Source of the DNA: a virus
Lineage: Duplodnaviria > Caudoviricetes
Length of the DNA stretch: 64,000 bases
Strand: one strand, 5' to 3'
Virus record (IMG/VR): IMGVR_UViG_3300023119_000004
A model generated the notes under the pieces. It did not search any database. It was not told where the DNA came from and worked only from the letters and a program-made list of their open reading frames with translations. Shown here one piece after another: positions 19,156-27,589 of this stretch. The translations under genes were made by a program, and so were the position numbers. Numbering within the stretch: position 1 is the first letter of the stretch; the number at the start of each line of letters is the position of its first letter.

Positions 19156-19442
19156 ATTATTGTTTTTATAAACCCTATTCCATCTATTCCTAAGTATATA
19201 ACATACATTAGTGTGAAGCCGAACGATTTCCGGCTATATGCGGCGGTCATTAACAATACACTAGCCAGTATAAAAAACAAGTAGGCCCAAAACATAGGTG
19301 GGTTTGGTGAGTACCACATTAAGATTAAACTAGCAATTAAATTGCTAACCATACCTACAACTTCGTAGGCAAATCGTTTTGGGTTTGATCTAAAGTCTTT
19401 CTTGATCCAGTTTAATGTATCCTTACGACCTATACGACTCAC
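19152..19442 (-). CDS. Membrane protein (3 TM)
   Basis: Hydrophobic segments; coupled to neighbours by overlaps. Confidence 0.65.
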   Translation of the reverse strand: MSRIGRKDTLNWIKKDFRSNPKRFAYEVVGMVSNLIASLILMWYSPNPPMFWAYLFFILASVLLMTAAYSRKSFGFTLMYVIYLGIDGIGFIKTII

Positions 19443-20173
19443 ACCTGCCTTTCTGCAATGTACTTGTTAGAGTTTACTTGAACAAAGTAACTTCTAGCAA
19501 TCATATCGCAAAAACGTTGGAATTCTAATCCAAGACGAGCAGTAGCAGTCATGTATCCTGCTCTTGTTGTTTTACTTTCGTTAATAATTTGATATTTGTA
19601 TCGAGGATTGATTAGATACACACCACCCTCAATCATTGGCATTGATCCGCAGTTTTCAACAACTAGTTTACAATCTTTGCCAGGCATTCTAACAGCACAA
19701 AGAATTGGTAATGCATCATCAAGAAAATCAAATGCATTGTTAATATTATATTCTTTATCCTGTCTTGGCTCTATTGAACTTTCAGCATCCAAAAATTCAT
19801 ATTTAATCCAACCAAATCTTTCAGATGGGAAACGTGTTTCCCACCATTCTCTTGTGTATGGAACTTCGTATGTTGTTGCAGGTCTATACTGTCCATTGGT
19901 TGCTAAGAACACTTCGTTTCGTCCTGGAAACTTTTGCTCAATCTTTTCTAGTTCAATACGTCCTCGGTAGTCTTGTCCTAATGGAATGAATTCTGGACTG
20001 TTAACAGATCGAACAGCAAGATTAATCCATCCAATGTCCTGCTTTATCATTTGTTCCAAATACCATTTAGCAACGTGAAATCCTTGATGTGGGTCAACGT
20101 CCTCAGGTAAAGGCGGAAAGATTATTTCTTTATCTTTATGTTCGTTATAAAAGTCTGTCATTTTTTCTAGCAC
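19439..20173 (-). CDS. Asp/Asn beta-hydroxylase-like cupin, metal ligands apparently degenerate
   Basis: IEPRQD in place of HxD and GGVYLIN..YKYQIIN in place of H. Confidence 0.4.
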   Translation of the reverse strand: MLEKMTDFYNEHKDKEIIFPPLPEDVDPHQGFHVAKWYLEQMIKQDIGWINLAVRSVNSPEFIPLGQDYRGRIELEKIEQKFPGRNEVFLATNGQYRPATTYEVPYTREWWETRFPSERFGWIKYEFLDAESSIEPRQDKEYNINNAFDFLDDALPILCAVRMPGKDCKLVVENCGSMPMIEGGVYLINPRYKYQIINESKTTRAGYMTATARLGLEFQRFCDMIARSYFVQVNSNKYIAERQV

Positions 20174-20318
20174 TTATAAGTTGCCTTTGCAACCTAAATA
20201 TTTCTTCCTTAACTAACTGTTGCTTCTGAAACTTAACATTACGCTTTTGCATTTTAGTAAGTTCATTAATCTTTTCTTGAATCCTTTTTTCAAGAGCGTT
20301 TATTAAGTTCTGATCCAT
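20145..20318 (-). CDS. Small coiled-coil protein (57 aa)
   Basis: MDQNLINALEKRIQEKINELTKMQKRN...; manual translation. Confidence 0.45.
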   Translation of the reverse strand: MDQNLINALEKRIQEKINELTKMQKRNVKFQKQQLVKEEIFRLQRQLISARKNDRLL

Positions 20319-20338
20319 ACTATATTTAATACAATGTT

Positions 20339-20412
20339 TGGTGCCCAGTGACAGAATCGAACTGCCAATAGATGATTACAAATCAACTGTTATACCATTT
20401 AACTAACCGGGC
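20339..20412 (-). tRNA. tRNA-Thr(TGT)
   Basis: Acceptor GCCCGGT/ACTGGGC, A73, CCA; loop TT-TGT-AA; T-loop GTTCGATTC. Confidence 0.9.
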
Positions 20413-20771
20413 AAAATTTGAACTGCTGTAATACGATCGTAGCGGAAACTACGGAAACCTTTTGATTCAGTGGCCCATACAGCAATTACTTTATCTGAAA
20501 TTTCTCGGACTTTCTTTTGAGTTAACGGCTCGTCTTTTTTAGCGGGTGGTAGCATACTAGGAATTAGTGTGCAAGGCATTACACGTTTATCGCCGTCTAG
20601 TTTAGTAAAGGTTACTTCAACTACGTTTTCCCTTAGCATTTTCAGAAGATCGTCCTTTGTCGGAATCCCCTTCATTTCTGCGATCTTTTTTTCCAAAGAT
20701 TCTGTCGTATCCTTCTGCGTATTTTGCATCGTCTGCACCTTTTCTTCTTCCACTACCTTTGCCTCCGTCAC
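20403..20771 (-). CDS. DUF2693 (WYL_2)-like protein
   Basis: VEVTFTKLDGDKRVMPCTL...VWATESKGFRSFRYDRI. Confidence 0.75.
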   Translation of the reverse strand: MTEAKVVEEEKVQTMQNTQKDTTESLEKKIAEMKGIPTKDDLLKMLRENVVEVTFTKLDGDKRVMPCTLIPSMLPPAKKDEPLTQKKVREISDKVIAVWATESKGFRSFRYDRITAVQILPG

Positions 20772-21032
20772 TCAATTCAACGTCCTCTTATTTTTAAGTT
20801 TATCTTCTTCTGGAATATCCCATGCCATCTGTTCTTCAATAGCATAACGAGCACCTTCGATATAATCTCGATCTTCGTCGTCTAACGCACTCCAAAACTT
20901 ACTTACTGTTTGAATGTGTTCTTCAACAACTTCAGGACGTTTTAAATGATAATTATCCTCCATCCACATTTGGAGAATATCCATACGTTGTTTAATTTTT
21001 TCTCTTACACTCAAATCAAAATCCTCGACCAT
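20772..21032 (-). CDS. Hypothetical protein
   Basis: MVEDFDLSVREKIKQRMDILQMWMEDNYHL...; start uncertain. Confidence 0.55.
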   Translation of the reverse strand: MVEDFDLSVREKIKQRMDILQMWMEDNYHLKRPEVVEEHIQTVSKFWSALDDEDRDYIEGARYAIEEQMAWDIPEEDKLKNKRTLN

Positions 21033-21249
21033 TTGTGATCTTGTATTCCTGTGGTCCAGGTGTTGTAAACTCCATGCCCATTTTATTTCCGACATAAACT
21101 TTACCATTCCATTGCATCTTGATTTGATTTTGCACCATGAATACTTCGACAAACTTTCCTTTTTCAAATCTGTCTACATCTGCTGTAATAGTCTTGTCAT
21201 TATCTGTACAAGTTACTACACACGTTTTATCATGTTCTGTTCTAATCAT
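21016..21249 (-). CDS. Hypothetical protein
   Basis: 77 aa, SD AAGGAGA; early promoter at 21269-21297. Confidence 0.65.
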   Translation of the reverse strand: MIRTEHDKTCVVTCTDNDKTITADVDRFEKGKFVEVFMVQNQIKMQWNGKVYVGNKMGMEFTTPGPQEYKITNGRGF

Positions 21250-21250
21250 G

Positions 21251-21436
21251 TTATCTCCTTTTTAAATTATTATATTGTAAGTAGATCAAAAAGTCAACTA
21301 TTAAAAAATTAAAAAACAATCCTGTAGTAGTAAGCATCACTCCAAAAAGCATAGGGATAATAATTAGGAACAATCCTAGTTTAATAAGATAATCAAAGGC
21401 TAATTCAACCGGAACTGTCCAAAACAACCAAGTCAT
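21251..21436 (-). CDS. Small membrane protein
   Basis: Hydrophobic 61 aa, ATGA-coupled. Confidence 0.55.
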   Translation of the reverse strand: MTWLFWTVPVELAFDYLIKLGLFLIIIPMLFGVMLTTTGLFFNFLIVDFLIYLQYNNLKRR

Positions 21437-21867
21437 ACAGTATACTCGAAATTATTTGATTCAGTGTTTTCACTGACCCATTCAGCACCATTGCGTAGAT
21501 GAAACTTCATTGCCATTTCAGTCTTAGGACTAAGAGTAACATATCGTTTAACATTCTTAGTGTTCTTAATATGATCCGCGGCACGTAATACCATGTCACG
21601 CCCTGCACCTTTTGCATAACTCCATACTGTATAGAATATTGCAATATCACCATCAACTGTACTAAACTCTGTTAGTTCTTGTTCATTAGTTGGAACTTTG
21701 TTTGCATAGGCAACACAAATAACCGCTTGTATTACACTATCTTCGTTTTCGAGTGCATAAACTTCTCTACCATTACTAATTCGATATGCTAACGGTAAGT
21801 GGCCTCGAACAGGATCGTCGGAACAGTGACCAATGTTCCAGTCATCTTGAATTTGAATTAATTCCAT
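21433..21867 (-). CDS. GNAT-fold acetyltransferase-like protein
   Basis: YTVWSYAKGAGR (motif A-like) and TLSPKTEMAMKFHLRNGA (motif B-like). Confidence 0.55.
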   Translation of the reverse strand: MELIQIQDDWNIGHCSDDPVRGHLPLAYRISNGREVYALENEDSVIQAVICVAYANKVPTNEQELTEFSTVDGDIAIFYTVWSYAKGAGRDMVLRAADHIKNTKNVKRYVTLSPKTEMAMKFHLRNGAEWVSENTESNNFEYTV

Positions 21868-22511
21868 TATTTGATTCCTAATATCAGTTTGACCCTGCGT
21901 AAATCACTTTCTGGATTGCACACAGGAATTCTATTGTACTTTTCGTAGTACTTAACCATCAAAGCCATCTCATGATCTTTGACCTGACTGCTATGCATTG
22001 GCAAGTATGCTTGATAGCAATGATCGATATCTGCTTTATCAAAGTTTTCTTTAAATGCTGTACCACAACCGTAAGGCGAAAGCCTTTCGTTTCGTACTGT
22101 GCCTTTAAAGTCTGTACGGCGACCGAGCATACAATTACGTGTTACTGCTCTACTTTCGCCAATATAAATTACACCTTCATGTAGGAAGTCTGCAGGACCA
22201 GTTGGAGGACCGTCCTTATATAATCCGTAAACATAACAACCAGCATCTTTTTTATCAAAACCCCAATTAGCACTCCAAGATTCGTCGATGTGATGCCATT
22301 TAGTAAACTCTAAACTCCAAGGGTCAACAAGTGTCATTTCTTGGGTACTAAATGCATCTAGGCCACTAGTTGTGAAAACTTTCTTGAACGTATAACATAG
22401 TTCTTCAAGTTTATCTTCGTGTTGTGTAAAAATGGACTCTAGTACTTCTTGTTTGAGTCCATGTCCTCCACTAGCCTTTGCAATGTTTTCTGCGAGTATC
22501 TTCGCTTTCAT
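21867..22511 (-). CDS. GIY-YIG nuclease-like protein
   Basis: GCYVYGLY...VIYIGES...GRR...E. Confidence 0.6.
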   Translation of the reverse strand: MKAKILAENIAKASGGHGLKQEVLESIFTQHEDKLEELCYTFKKVFTTSGLDAFSTQEMTLVDPWSLEFTKWHHIDESWSANWGFDKKDAGCYVYGLYKDGPPTGPADFLHEGVIYIGESRAVTRNCMLGRRTDFKGTVRNERLSPYGCGTAFKENFDKADIDHCYQAYLPMHSSQVKDHEMALMVKYYEKYNRIPVCNPESDLRRVKLILGIK

Positions 22512-22519
22512 GTTACACC

Positions 22520-22717
22520 TTACATCTTTGCTTCGCGTTCTTTACGAGCCTTGTTTGCTCTAGCAATACCACGCTTCTTGTCAAGTCTTTTTTGCTCACT
22601 TGGCTTAGTATAGTATTGACGTTCTTTAAGTTCAACTAGTAATCCGCTTTTTTTAATTTTACGTTTAAGTTGTCTTAATGCTTTTTCAACGTTATTATTT
22701 TTTACTATTACTTGCAT
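22520..22717 (-). CDS. rpsU: Ribosomal protein bS21 (copy 1)
   Basis: VEKALRQLKRKIKKSGLLVELKERQYYTKPSEQKR. Confidence 0.93.
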   Translation of the reverse strand: MQVIVKNNNVEKALRQLKRKIKKSGLLVELKERQYYTKPSEQKRLDKKRGIARANKARKEREAKM

Positions 22718-22733
22718 ACTCCTCCTTTCCGTG

Positions 22734-22955
22734 TTAATGGAGCGTTCTCATTGCTCCTTCATCATTTAAATCAATTCCAAAGTATTCTTCACAAATTGTA
22801 ACGATACTTTCTGGAACTAAATCTTCTTCTTTACCTGCTGGTATATACAAGCCTTTCAAATCTCCATCAGCACTAATAATTAGTGCCCAGTCATCATCTT
22901 CCATGGCTTCACCAAGTTCAAAATATTCTTGGTTGTCTTGCATTGTACACTCCAT
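22734..22955 (-). CDS. Acidic hypothetical protein
   Basis: 73-aa ORF with upstream promoter. Confidence 0.6.
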   Translation of the reverse strand: MECTMQDNQEYFELGEAMEDDDWALIISADGDLKGLYIPAGKEEDLVPESIVTICEEYFGIDLNDEGAMRTLH

Positions 22956-22985
22956 AACTAAATTATATACTATTACTATTTAATG

Positions 22986-23780
22986 TCAACCTATTTTTAC
23001 ATAATTGATCATTGTTTCGGGGTATTTGGTAATAAAGTTTTTACCGTGGCCTTTTACTTTGCCTTTTATTTTGAACGTAGTATCTACTTTTGGCAGTTGC
23101 TTAGTTTGATCAAAGTTTTTAAAGAAACTGACAAGGTTACCATCAAGTGATCCATTTAATACATGGCAACCGAAACGTTCTACAAAACGAATTTCATTAA
23201 GTGTAAACATACCAAACACTTGTTCACCAATACGCCCAATGTGTTTACTTTCACTAAAGTCGTTTTTAATCTTTTTCTTTAGTTCTTTCTTTTCGAAACT
23301 ATCAAAATATACTTTTGGAAGAACTGCTACAACACCAAAGTCGGAACGTTTCAAAGTACTTTTAGTAATAGATTCAAGTAGTGACTTCATAAAGTCGTTT
23401 AACGAATCAGCAATTACGGCAAATGCGTTTTCTTTGTGCAAATACTCTACACTTTTACGAGCATTCTCACGGTCTTCATCAATTACTGTAATAGGCTGGA
23501 AGTCCGGAGGGTTCATACCGTACGGTGCTAATTGGCATAACATTGATTCTTTATTAGAGAAAAGTGTAGGATTGTCTTCTGAAAACCTACGTGTATCTCT
23601 ATAATAGCCACCGTTGTGTCGATGTGTTGCAAATGCAACAGACAATACTTCTAGAGTATCGTATTCTTTTTTCTTTGTATTCGCCACGGGTTTTACCTTG
23701 CCTTCGTTTCTAAGTTCAAATGCTAGTTCTTGTGTTTTGAACTCTTTCTTTGTCATATCGCCTATCATTAGAAGCCTCAT
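22986..23780 (-). CDS. Hypothetical protein with C-terminal OB-like segment
   Basis: 264 aa; early promoter at 23801-23829. Confidence 0.6.
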   Translation of the reverse strand: MRLLMIGDMTKKEFKTQELAFELRNEGKVKPVANTKKKEYDTLEVLSVAFATHRHNGGYYRDTRRFSEDNPTLFSNKESMLCQLAPYGMNPPDFQPITVIDEDRENARKSVEYLHKENAFAVIADSLNDFMKSLLESITKSTLKRSDFGVVAVLPKVYFDSFEKKELKKKIKNDFSESKHIGRIGEQVFGMFTLNEIRFVERFGCHVLNGSLDGNLVSFFKNFDQTKQLPKVDTTFKIKGKVKGHGKNFITKYPETMINYVKIG

Positions 23781-23840
23781 TACCTAAGTGTTATAGTGTT
23801 ATAATAACACAAAGTATTATATTTGTCAACCAAAAAAATA

Positions 23841-24407
23841 TTAAAATATGTGATCTGCAATACCTAAATCAACCATTTGTTTGGCTGTGTAATATTGATC
23901 ACTTGGGTTCTTAATAAATTTGTTACGTACTTCTTGGATTGTCATTCCGCTGGCATCTTTTAATATTTGTAAACAACGCATTTCACAGTTTTGGTTTTCT
24001 TTCATCTGTGCTTTCATGTCGTGTACTTTGGCTTCCATTGAGTCGGAATGTTGATGATTCATTGAACCTGCATTTTTACCAACATAACGCTCACCCTGTT
24101 TGCCACTAGCAAAAATTAAAAAGCCAGCACTCATAACAGCACCAATACCGATAGTGCTAATGTTATGATAACTGTTCTTCATTACATCAATCAAAGCAAA
24201 TGCTTCGTATAGGTCTCCGCCATATGTGTTAATGTAAAGTTTAAGGGTACGTTTTGGTTTCTTGTTTAAGTTTGCAGAAAGAATCCATTTGATTGCTTCA
24301 CCTACATTTTCACTAGCAATGTCGCCGTGCAGATAATGGATATCACTGTCCAACAGACTTTTATCAATGGCGTCACTTGCAGTCCAATTATCGTATTTTG
24401 TAGGCAT
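23841..24407 (-). CDS. clpP: ClpP-family protease
   Basis: LYINTYGGD, GAVMSAG (Ser), MNHQ (His), DQYYTAKQMVDLGIAD (Asp). Confidence 0.88.
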   Translation of the reverse strand: MPTKYDNWTASDAIDKSLLDSDIHYLHGDIASENVGEAIKWILSANLNKKPKRTLKLYINTYGGDLYEAFALIDVMKNSYHNISTIGIGAVMSAGFLIFASGKQGERYVGKNAGSMNHQHSDSMEAKVHDMKAQMKENQNCEMRCLQILKDASGMTIQEVRNKFIKNPSDQYYTAKQMVDLGIADHIF

Positions 24408-24436
24408 ATTTTATTCTATTAGTTATGTACGTATAT

Positions 24437-24913
24437 TTATTCGATTGCCCAGGCTTTGTGACCAAGATCGTTTTGCTCGGCCCATCTAACAAATAGGCCT
24501 ATTTCACGACCCATTGCTTCAATTTCCCATGGATAATCCCAGTAACTCATTTTGTCACGGTTGTATTCTACTCCGTCAAATTTAACATATTGACGTCCTT
24601 TCATCAGATCCTTCATTTGACCTGTTGCGAACTGTTTGACGTGTACCATTTCGTGACACACTGATTCTAGTGCTTTACGTAGTGGTTGTGATTTGTCAAT
24701 TTCTATAGTAAATTCCTTAGGACGAGTATTATCATCTTCCCACATACAAGTACCGCACTCGTTGTGTTTTTCATACATATCTTTTGTGTATCGTACTGTA
24801 ACTTCTAGTGAGTTTGTCATTCGCTTAGACATAAGCATATATGCACAGAAATGAACTAGGCTTTCTGTGTATTTCTTTTGACTGCGATTAGCATTTACTA
24901 CGGTAACTTGCAC
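24437..24913 (-). CDS. HExxH metallopeptidase-like protein
   Basis: VCHEMVHVKQ...YPWEIEA. Confidence 0.75.
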   Translation of the reverse strand: MQVTVVNANRSQKKYTESLVHFCAYMLMSKRMTNSLEVTVRYTKDMYEKHNECGTCMWEDDNTRPKEFTIEIDKSQPLRKALESVCHEMVHVKQFATGQMKDLMKGRQYVKFDGVEYNRDKMSYWDYPWEIEAMGREIGLFVRWAEQNDLGHKAWAIE

Positions 24914-24915
24914 TA

Positions 24916-25110
24916 TTACTTTTCCTCTTGTTTAGTGTATGCACTTCTGTCTTGTGAAACCAGATAACAATCGGCTTGTATCTGTGCAATTAGATTATCA
25001 ATTTCTAAATTTGAACCCTTGACTGCACCATATTTTAGTTCTCTTAATCTGTCGGCATCTTTTTTAATACCATCAATCTTGTCGCACATTTGGCTAATTT
25101 TATGAAGCAT
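24916..25110 (-). CDS. Hypothetical protein
   Basis: 64 aa with SD AAGGAGG. Confidence 0.6.
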   Translation of the reverse strand: MLHKISQMCDKIDGIKKDADRLRELKYGAVKGSNLEIDNLIAQIQADCYLVSQDRSAYTKQEEK

Positions 25111-25168
25111 TGATCCCTCCTTATTTTTAAACTATAAATAGTTTAACAGAACGAAAGGCAAAAGTCAA

Positions 25169-25531
25169 GTGGAAATTTTCCTATTTTTAATGATAAAACA
25201 CGCTATTGTTGACCTTGGTTTTCAACCATTTGGTCTCGGTAGTTCCAAAAAATATTATTTTGGTTGGCCCGCTCACAAACAACATTATGTCCCACACGGA
25301 CTCTTAACCGTGCTTGTAATGGCGTCTTACACGCACATAAACGTCGCTGTAGCGTTGGGAATACTAGATTATATACTACACTGGCATACAGACTTTACTA
25401 AGACTAAAATACGTAATTATTTTGAATGGACTAGCAAAGACAGACAGTTTTGGATTTTGAATGCTGTAGATCAAATACTACACTTTACTGGATACTATAT
25501 AATTGTGTTGATTGCTACTTCACAAATTTAA
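25169..25531 (+). CDS. DUF3307-like membrane protein
   Basis: KHAIVD..Q...H...HWHTD...DQILH; TATAAATA at 25133-25140. Confidence 0.75.
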   Translation: MEIFLFLMIKHAIVDLGFQPFGLGSSKKYYFGWPAHKQHYVPHGLLTVLVMASYTHINVAVALGILDYILHWHTDFTKTKIRNYFEWTSKDRQFWILNAVDQILHFTGYYIIVLIATSQI

Positions 25532-26882
25532 ACGCAAACTTACCGCCAATACGTGAACTATAATAATTCTTAGAACCATCTAGTGCAACAGTACCTTGGA
25601 AGTTTGGAGGGTAAACAGCCTGGAAGCCAGTTACACGAATGTCGTCACCCTTCTTACCAACTTTGGTATAAAGTTGTATAATACTTGCTGTGTTTAATAA
25701 TGAAATTGCTTCTGTAGAAAATTTTGGATTTTCGTTTACCTTGAGTGCAACCTTTTTAGCCAACGCACTTGTGATAGCATATCCGGTATTAAACCCTTGA
25801 ACAGTCATATCAAAGTTAACACCTTCAACCATTTTAGTTGCTTCGTCACTCATGTTTTCAAAGTCTTGTTTACCTTGCTTCATATACTCGTCTGCTTCTT
25901 TTCTTAGTGCAGGAGTTGATAACTGAAACTTTTCGCCTAAATCAAAAGGTGCTTCTTTTGCACTCTTAGTTGCAATAGTTGTAACTATGTCTGCAACAAA
26001 CTTTGTATTTGACATTAGTTCGGCATTGTCTTTGTTCTTTTGTAAAGAGTCATACAAGTTCTTTGCACTAGCAGATGCACCAGCGCCACCTTTAGAACTA
26101 ATACCAATCTCTTTGCCGTCTGGAGCAAGGAACACGCTATCGACTAAGTTGTAGTTCATTGCCATAGGCCAAAAGATATTAAGGTCTTTCCAGTTAGCGC
26201 CACCGGCTAACTCTTGTCTTGCCTGTTCGGCGTCACCTTGTACAAGGCCACCCATCATAGCAACCGGACCCATAATTTCACCAAAGTAATCTCTAATAGA
26301 TTCTAGTTTTTCAATCTGCCCTGGGAACTCAGGCATTTGTCCATTAGATGCTGATTCAAGTGCAGTTACAAGAACTTCACCTTCCTGGCCAGCATTAGTT
26401 CTTACAGTTTGAATAATCTGTTCTGGACCTTTAAATTTGTTTTGAGATTTAATTAGTGTTTGTGGATCTAAACCAGTATCAATCTTTAACGCACCCTTGG
26501 TACCTAATTTCCAACCTGATGGAATTTGACTGTTACCCCAAACACCCATTAGGTCTGCACCTACTTGTCTAAGATATCTACCCCAGTAAATGTCTTTACC
26601 ATCGCTAGTTCTAATCTGTGCAATACCAAATGCTAGTGTTCCTGCGTTAGCAGTATTAACCCATTCAATTTTAGCATTGTTATTTTTTTCAAACTCTGCA
26701 ATGGCTTCGTCACGTTCTTCTGCTGTAGCAAATTTACCACCTTGTGAAAGATCTGGAATTGCAATCGCTTGTACGAACTCTGCCTTTTCGCCATTGTCGT
26801 GGATATATGGCTCTCCAGGTTTACGCCCGAAAATGCCTTTAGACTCTATTACTTGTGTTTGTTTAAATTCGAAAAACCTCAT
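25515..26882 (-). CDS. Late (probably head-packaged) protein with PD-(D/E)xK-like C-terminal domain
   Basis: MRFFEF leader; YFGEIMGP...NLVDSVF...IGISSKGG; late promoter at 26891-26898. Confidence 0.5.
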   Translation of the reverse strand: MRFFEFKQTQVIESKGIFGRKPGEPYIHDNGEKAEFVQAIAIPDLSQGGKFATAEERDEAIAEFEKNNNAKIEWVNTANAGTLAFGIAQIRTSDGKDIYWGRYLRQVGADLMGVWGNSQIPSGWKLGTKGALKIDTGLDPQTLIKSQNKFKGPEQIIQTVRTNAGQEGEVLVTALESASNGQMPEFPGQIEKLESIRDYFGEIMGPVAMMGGLVQGDAEQARQELAGGANWKDLNIFWPMAMNYNLVDSVFLAPDGKEIGISSKGGAGASASAKNLYDSLQKNKDNAELMSNTKFVADIVTTIATKSAKEAPFDLGEKFQLSTPALRKEADEYMKQGKQDFENMSDEATKMVEGVNFDMTVQGFNTGYAITSALAKKVALKVNENPKFSTEAISLLNTASIIQLYTKVGKKGDDIRVTGFQAVYPPNFQGTVALDGSKNYYSSRIGGKFAFKFVK

Positions 26883-26893
26883 AGCACTAGTAT

Positions 26894-27589
26894 TTATGCT
26901 ATTTTTGGAAATAATGCGTTAGTGCAGAATTCGTCAACATCTGCTTCATTAAGTCCTAATGACTTCATAACTCTAGGTGTATGTGGATTTTGTTGCTGGT
27001 TATGGCAGTAGTAGTTTTGAGCACCTGCTGTAATATCTACACTAGCATTGCCTGTATACTCAGGAACACTATCAAACCATACACGCAGGTTTTCTAAAGC
27101 AAGATCTACAATAGCAGTTGCTTCTTCTTCTGTGCGAACATTACCTGCGGCAACCATTCCTGGTGAAAAGATGTTCTGTGCCCATTCGGGTAGTTCACGT
27201 TGTTTACTAGGAATAAAATCTTTAACAGCATCTAAGTACCATTCTACAAGAGGATGTTCTTCACCGCCTGAACTTGCTGAAAAATCATGAAATGCACCTG
27301 TCATTTTATTCTTACCTGCAATAACATCAAAGCCGTAAATAGGACCATCATTTGATAACACAGGAAAACAACATACGTGCATCATCCACAGTCCGTGCGA
27401 GTCTCTTGCGTCTACAACATCAATGTGTGCTCTGCGTACATGATCATTTGCCCATACTCTGTTGATCCAACCGTTCTCAGGCTGATTAAATTTGTTTAAT
27501 CCTTTTTCTTCTATTTCAGTGGCTTTCTCATCAAAGATGTTTAATATTTCATTTTGGCATTCAATTAGTTTATCCCAAATGACACTCAT
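26894..27589 (-). CDS. pcyX: Ferredoxin-dependent bilin reductase, PcyX-type
   Basis: RAHIDVVD...WMMHVC-(17 aa)-GFDVI: His/Asp pair spaced as in PcyA/PcyX, Met two residues before the His, Asp 14 residues before it; ATG 27589 overlaps the halogenase TGA. Confidence 0.85.
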   Translation of the reverse strand: MSVIWDKLIECQNEILNIFDEKATEIEEKGLNKFNQPENGWINRVWANDHVRRAHIDVVDARDSHGLWMMHVCCFPVLSNDGPIYGFDVIAGKNKMTGAFHDFSASSGGEEHPLVEWYLDAVKDFIPSKQRELPEWAQNIFSPGMVAAGNVRTEEEATAIVDLALENLRVWFDSVPEYTGNASVDITAGAQNYYCHNQQQNPHTPRVMKSLGLNEADVDEFCTNALFPKIA

